Source: Squalus acanthias (taxonomy: Eukaryota). From it: DNA of 64,000 nucleotides. The translations under genes were made by a program, and so were the position numbers. Below are positions 61,913 through 64,000 of the stretch, piece after piece; position 1 is the first letter of the stretch; each line of letters opens with the position of its first letter. The stretch lies in the NCBI GenBank assembly GCA_030390025.1, contig CM059432.1, forward strand, positions 136,588,001 through 136,652,000, written 5' to 3'. The notes beneath the pieces are model-generated. The model saw nothing but the letters and a program-made list of their open reading frames with translations. It made no database searches and was not told where the DNA came from.

Positions 61913-63111
61913 TTGTGTTAGTGCTGAGGCAATTTTCCCCTTTTTTGAGGTTAGGAAGGGAATTCAGCTTTAAGAGCTGAATATTCACATTTGGGACTTC
62001 TTTTTAATCGTAAATATTTTTTTAAAAGGCAGAAAGGGCTGAAAACTGCACTGTCTCACTTCATTTTAATTTGTATTGTTTCAGTGTGCATGGCCCCTTT
62101 AATTCTCAGACCTCTTCATTGCCCACAATTCCTTGCGAGCTCCACAGCCTCGCTTCCAAAGGCTGTGCGAAGCTCGAAAGCCGCTCCTGGACGGGAAATT
62201 CGTCTTGGATGCCTCCAGCAACGCCACCAGGATGGCATTGCATGGAAGGTGAGTGCTATGCCAACAATCTCCATCCCCCAAAACTAATTTTACTCCGTTA
62301 GCGTTGCGGCCATTTTCAGTGGCCATTAAATCCAGTTGCATCCAACTGCATGACACCGGCAACTAGCTGGCTAACACAAATTTCTCCCCCGAAGGGTTTT
62401 GATAGAGTAAATAGGGAGAAACTGTTTCCACTGGCAGGAGGGTCGGTGACCAGATTTATGTAATTGGCAAAATAACCAGCAACGAGATGAGGAAACATTT
62501 TTTTATGCAGCGAGTTGTTATGATCTGGAACGCACTGCCTGAAAGGGCGGTGGAAGCAGATTCAATAGTAACTTTCAAAGGGGACTTGGAAAAATACTTG
62601 AAAAGGAAAAATTTGTCGGGTTATGGGAAAGAGCAGGTGAGTGGGACTAATGGGATAACTCTTTCAAAGAGCCGGCACAGGTACGATGGGCCGAATGGCC
62701 TCCTTCTACACTGTGTAATTCGATGTTCCTTCCTCCAGGAGCTTTTAAAACTAGCCTTAGCTCTTAAGTTGACCTGGTGGAAAATCTCTGTAGATTTGAT
62801 GTTATACTGCAGCTGTGGCAAGTTCAATTCCTGTATCTTCCACAGAATGTTTCTATGAATCTTTTGTTTAATAAAAAACAGTTTTCATTAAAACTAAATA
62901 CATATTTTTGAAATAATGGCAGATTATTATAATAATAGATTTGTATTTAAAACAGTTGGATTAACCCGACCTTGTTTCACGGGATGCAATTTGCTTCGCA
63001 AATGGAACTTTAACTGGTCTGGAATTGTTTATCAGAACCTGGATAAAATAATTAGCTAGAAAAAAGTTAACTACCAACTTGACACAACCCCTCCCCCAAG
63101 ATTTAACCCAC

Positions 63112-63240
63112 CCCTGAGATTGCCTCCGCACGAGATTGCCCCACCCCCGAGATTGCCCCACCCCCGAGATTGCACCCCCACAGGTTTGCCCCTTTCACCC
63201 CGGGATTGCCCCCCCATGCGATTTCCCCCCCCCCACCCCC
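63112..63240. repeat. C-rich ~17-bp minisatellite (gagattgccccaccccc)
   Basis: About six degenerate units, two of them exact. Confidence 0.75.
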
Positions 63241-63728
63241 ACCCATGCCCAACCTGACAGCCGGTTCAGCATTTCATGCCCCCCCCACCCCTCAGAACAG
63301 GAGGGTTTCAGCGGGGCTCCCCCTTTGACACCATCGCTTACCAGAGGCATTCTAGTGAAGCCGGGGCCTCCAAATAGGCTCTGGCCTCACACCAGCGCAA
63401 ACGGGGAGGTGGACAAACGACCGCTCCACCAACTTAGTCCCTGTTTTGGGCACTGCTCAAACATCACCCACTTTGTGCCCAAAACAGGAAGGTACTCCAT
63501 CATCCAATGTCATAATTGTCTGCCTTGATGAAAAACATTTCCACAACAGTTTTTAAATTAAAAAAATATATAATCTGAGTTCTGAGCTAAGGCCCAAGCT
63601 AACTGTTGCACTTACTATTTAAAGAGGTATTATATTATTTTCTTCCCTTTCTTCTCTGTGTCTACTCATGCCATTCCAAGCCGCCAACTGAGAGAGTGGG
63701 CAGTTCTTCCAGTTCTGTCTATGCTACT

Positions 63729-64000
63729 TCTAGGCTGACACTCCAGTGCCAGTACTGAGGGAGTGCTGCACCGTCGGAGGTGCCGTCTTTCAAATGAGAC
63801 GTTAAACCGAGGCCCCGTCTGCCCTTTGAGGTGGACGTAAAAGATCCACGGCACTATTTCGAAGAGAGCAGGGGAGTTCTCCCCAGTGTCCTGGCTAATA
63901 TTTATCCCTCAACCAACATCACTAAGAAAACAGATTGTCTGCTCATTATCTCATTGATGTTTGTGGGAGCTTGCTGTGCGCAAATTGGCTGCTGCGTTTC
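63729..64000 (+). mobile_element. SacSINE1-like DeuSINE, runs off the window
   Basis: tctaggctgacactccagtg..gtcggaggtgccgtctttc Deu domain. Confidence 0.88.

Larger units (their letters stand above)
60160..62390. mobile_element. Internally deleted PIF/Harbinger DNA transposon with a Myb/SANT-like gene relic
   Basis: Imperfect TIRs GGGCTAGAAAT / ATTTCTCCCCC; TSD aaa/gaa; minus-strand Myb/SANT-like remnant; acidic low-complexity stretch at 60800-60850. Confidence 0.75.
60055..62722 (+). mobile_element. CR1 3' fragment split by a Harbinger-type element
   Basis: RLERLGLFALEQRRLRGDLIEVFKI (to 60159) resumes as gaagggttttgatagagt..FFMQRVVMIWNALP (from 62391). Confidence 0.88.

Noticed and set aside
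1..64000. Prokaryotic systems (CRISPR array, retron, operon) and the many short six-frame ORFs
   Set aside because: No repeat-spacer array or operon structure. The RTs are eukaryotic PLE, CR1 and RTE types, and the short ORFs are antisense or off-frame readings of repeats.

Overview
Repeat-rich, AT-rich eukaryotic DNA, almost certainly from a shark or other cartilaginous fish: it carries HE1-type V-SINEs, SacSINE1-like DeuSINEs and many CR1 LINE 3' ends. I recognise no host protein-coding gene, so the window is probably intronic or intergenic. Every long ORF is transposon-derived: a young 5'-truncated Penelope-like element (RT plus GIY-YIG, 15-bp TSD), a near full-length CR1 (zinc-finger/esterase ORF1; EN and RT ORF2), a second long CR1, an RTE-clade LINE, L2 relics, and several PIF/Harbinger-type non-autonomous DNA elements with 3-bp TSDs. 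The most notable structure is a minimal type I hammerhead ribozyme at the Penelope-like 3' terminus. It is intact with a GUC cleavage triplet in the young copy, decayed in older copies, and present as a head-to-head pair in a ~235-bp TSD-flanked palindromic element. Other observations are hairpin-chain MITEs with covarying stems, SINE-LINE chimeras, multi-level TE nesting, and TE-depleted islands rich in homeodomain, Sox and nuclear-receptor motifs that may be conserved enhancers. PLE-associated hammerheads are a known class, so I do not claim a wholly new system. Family names come from recalled consensus motifs, not database searches, and boundaries without a TSD are approximate.
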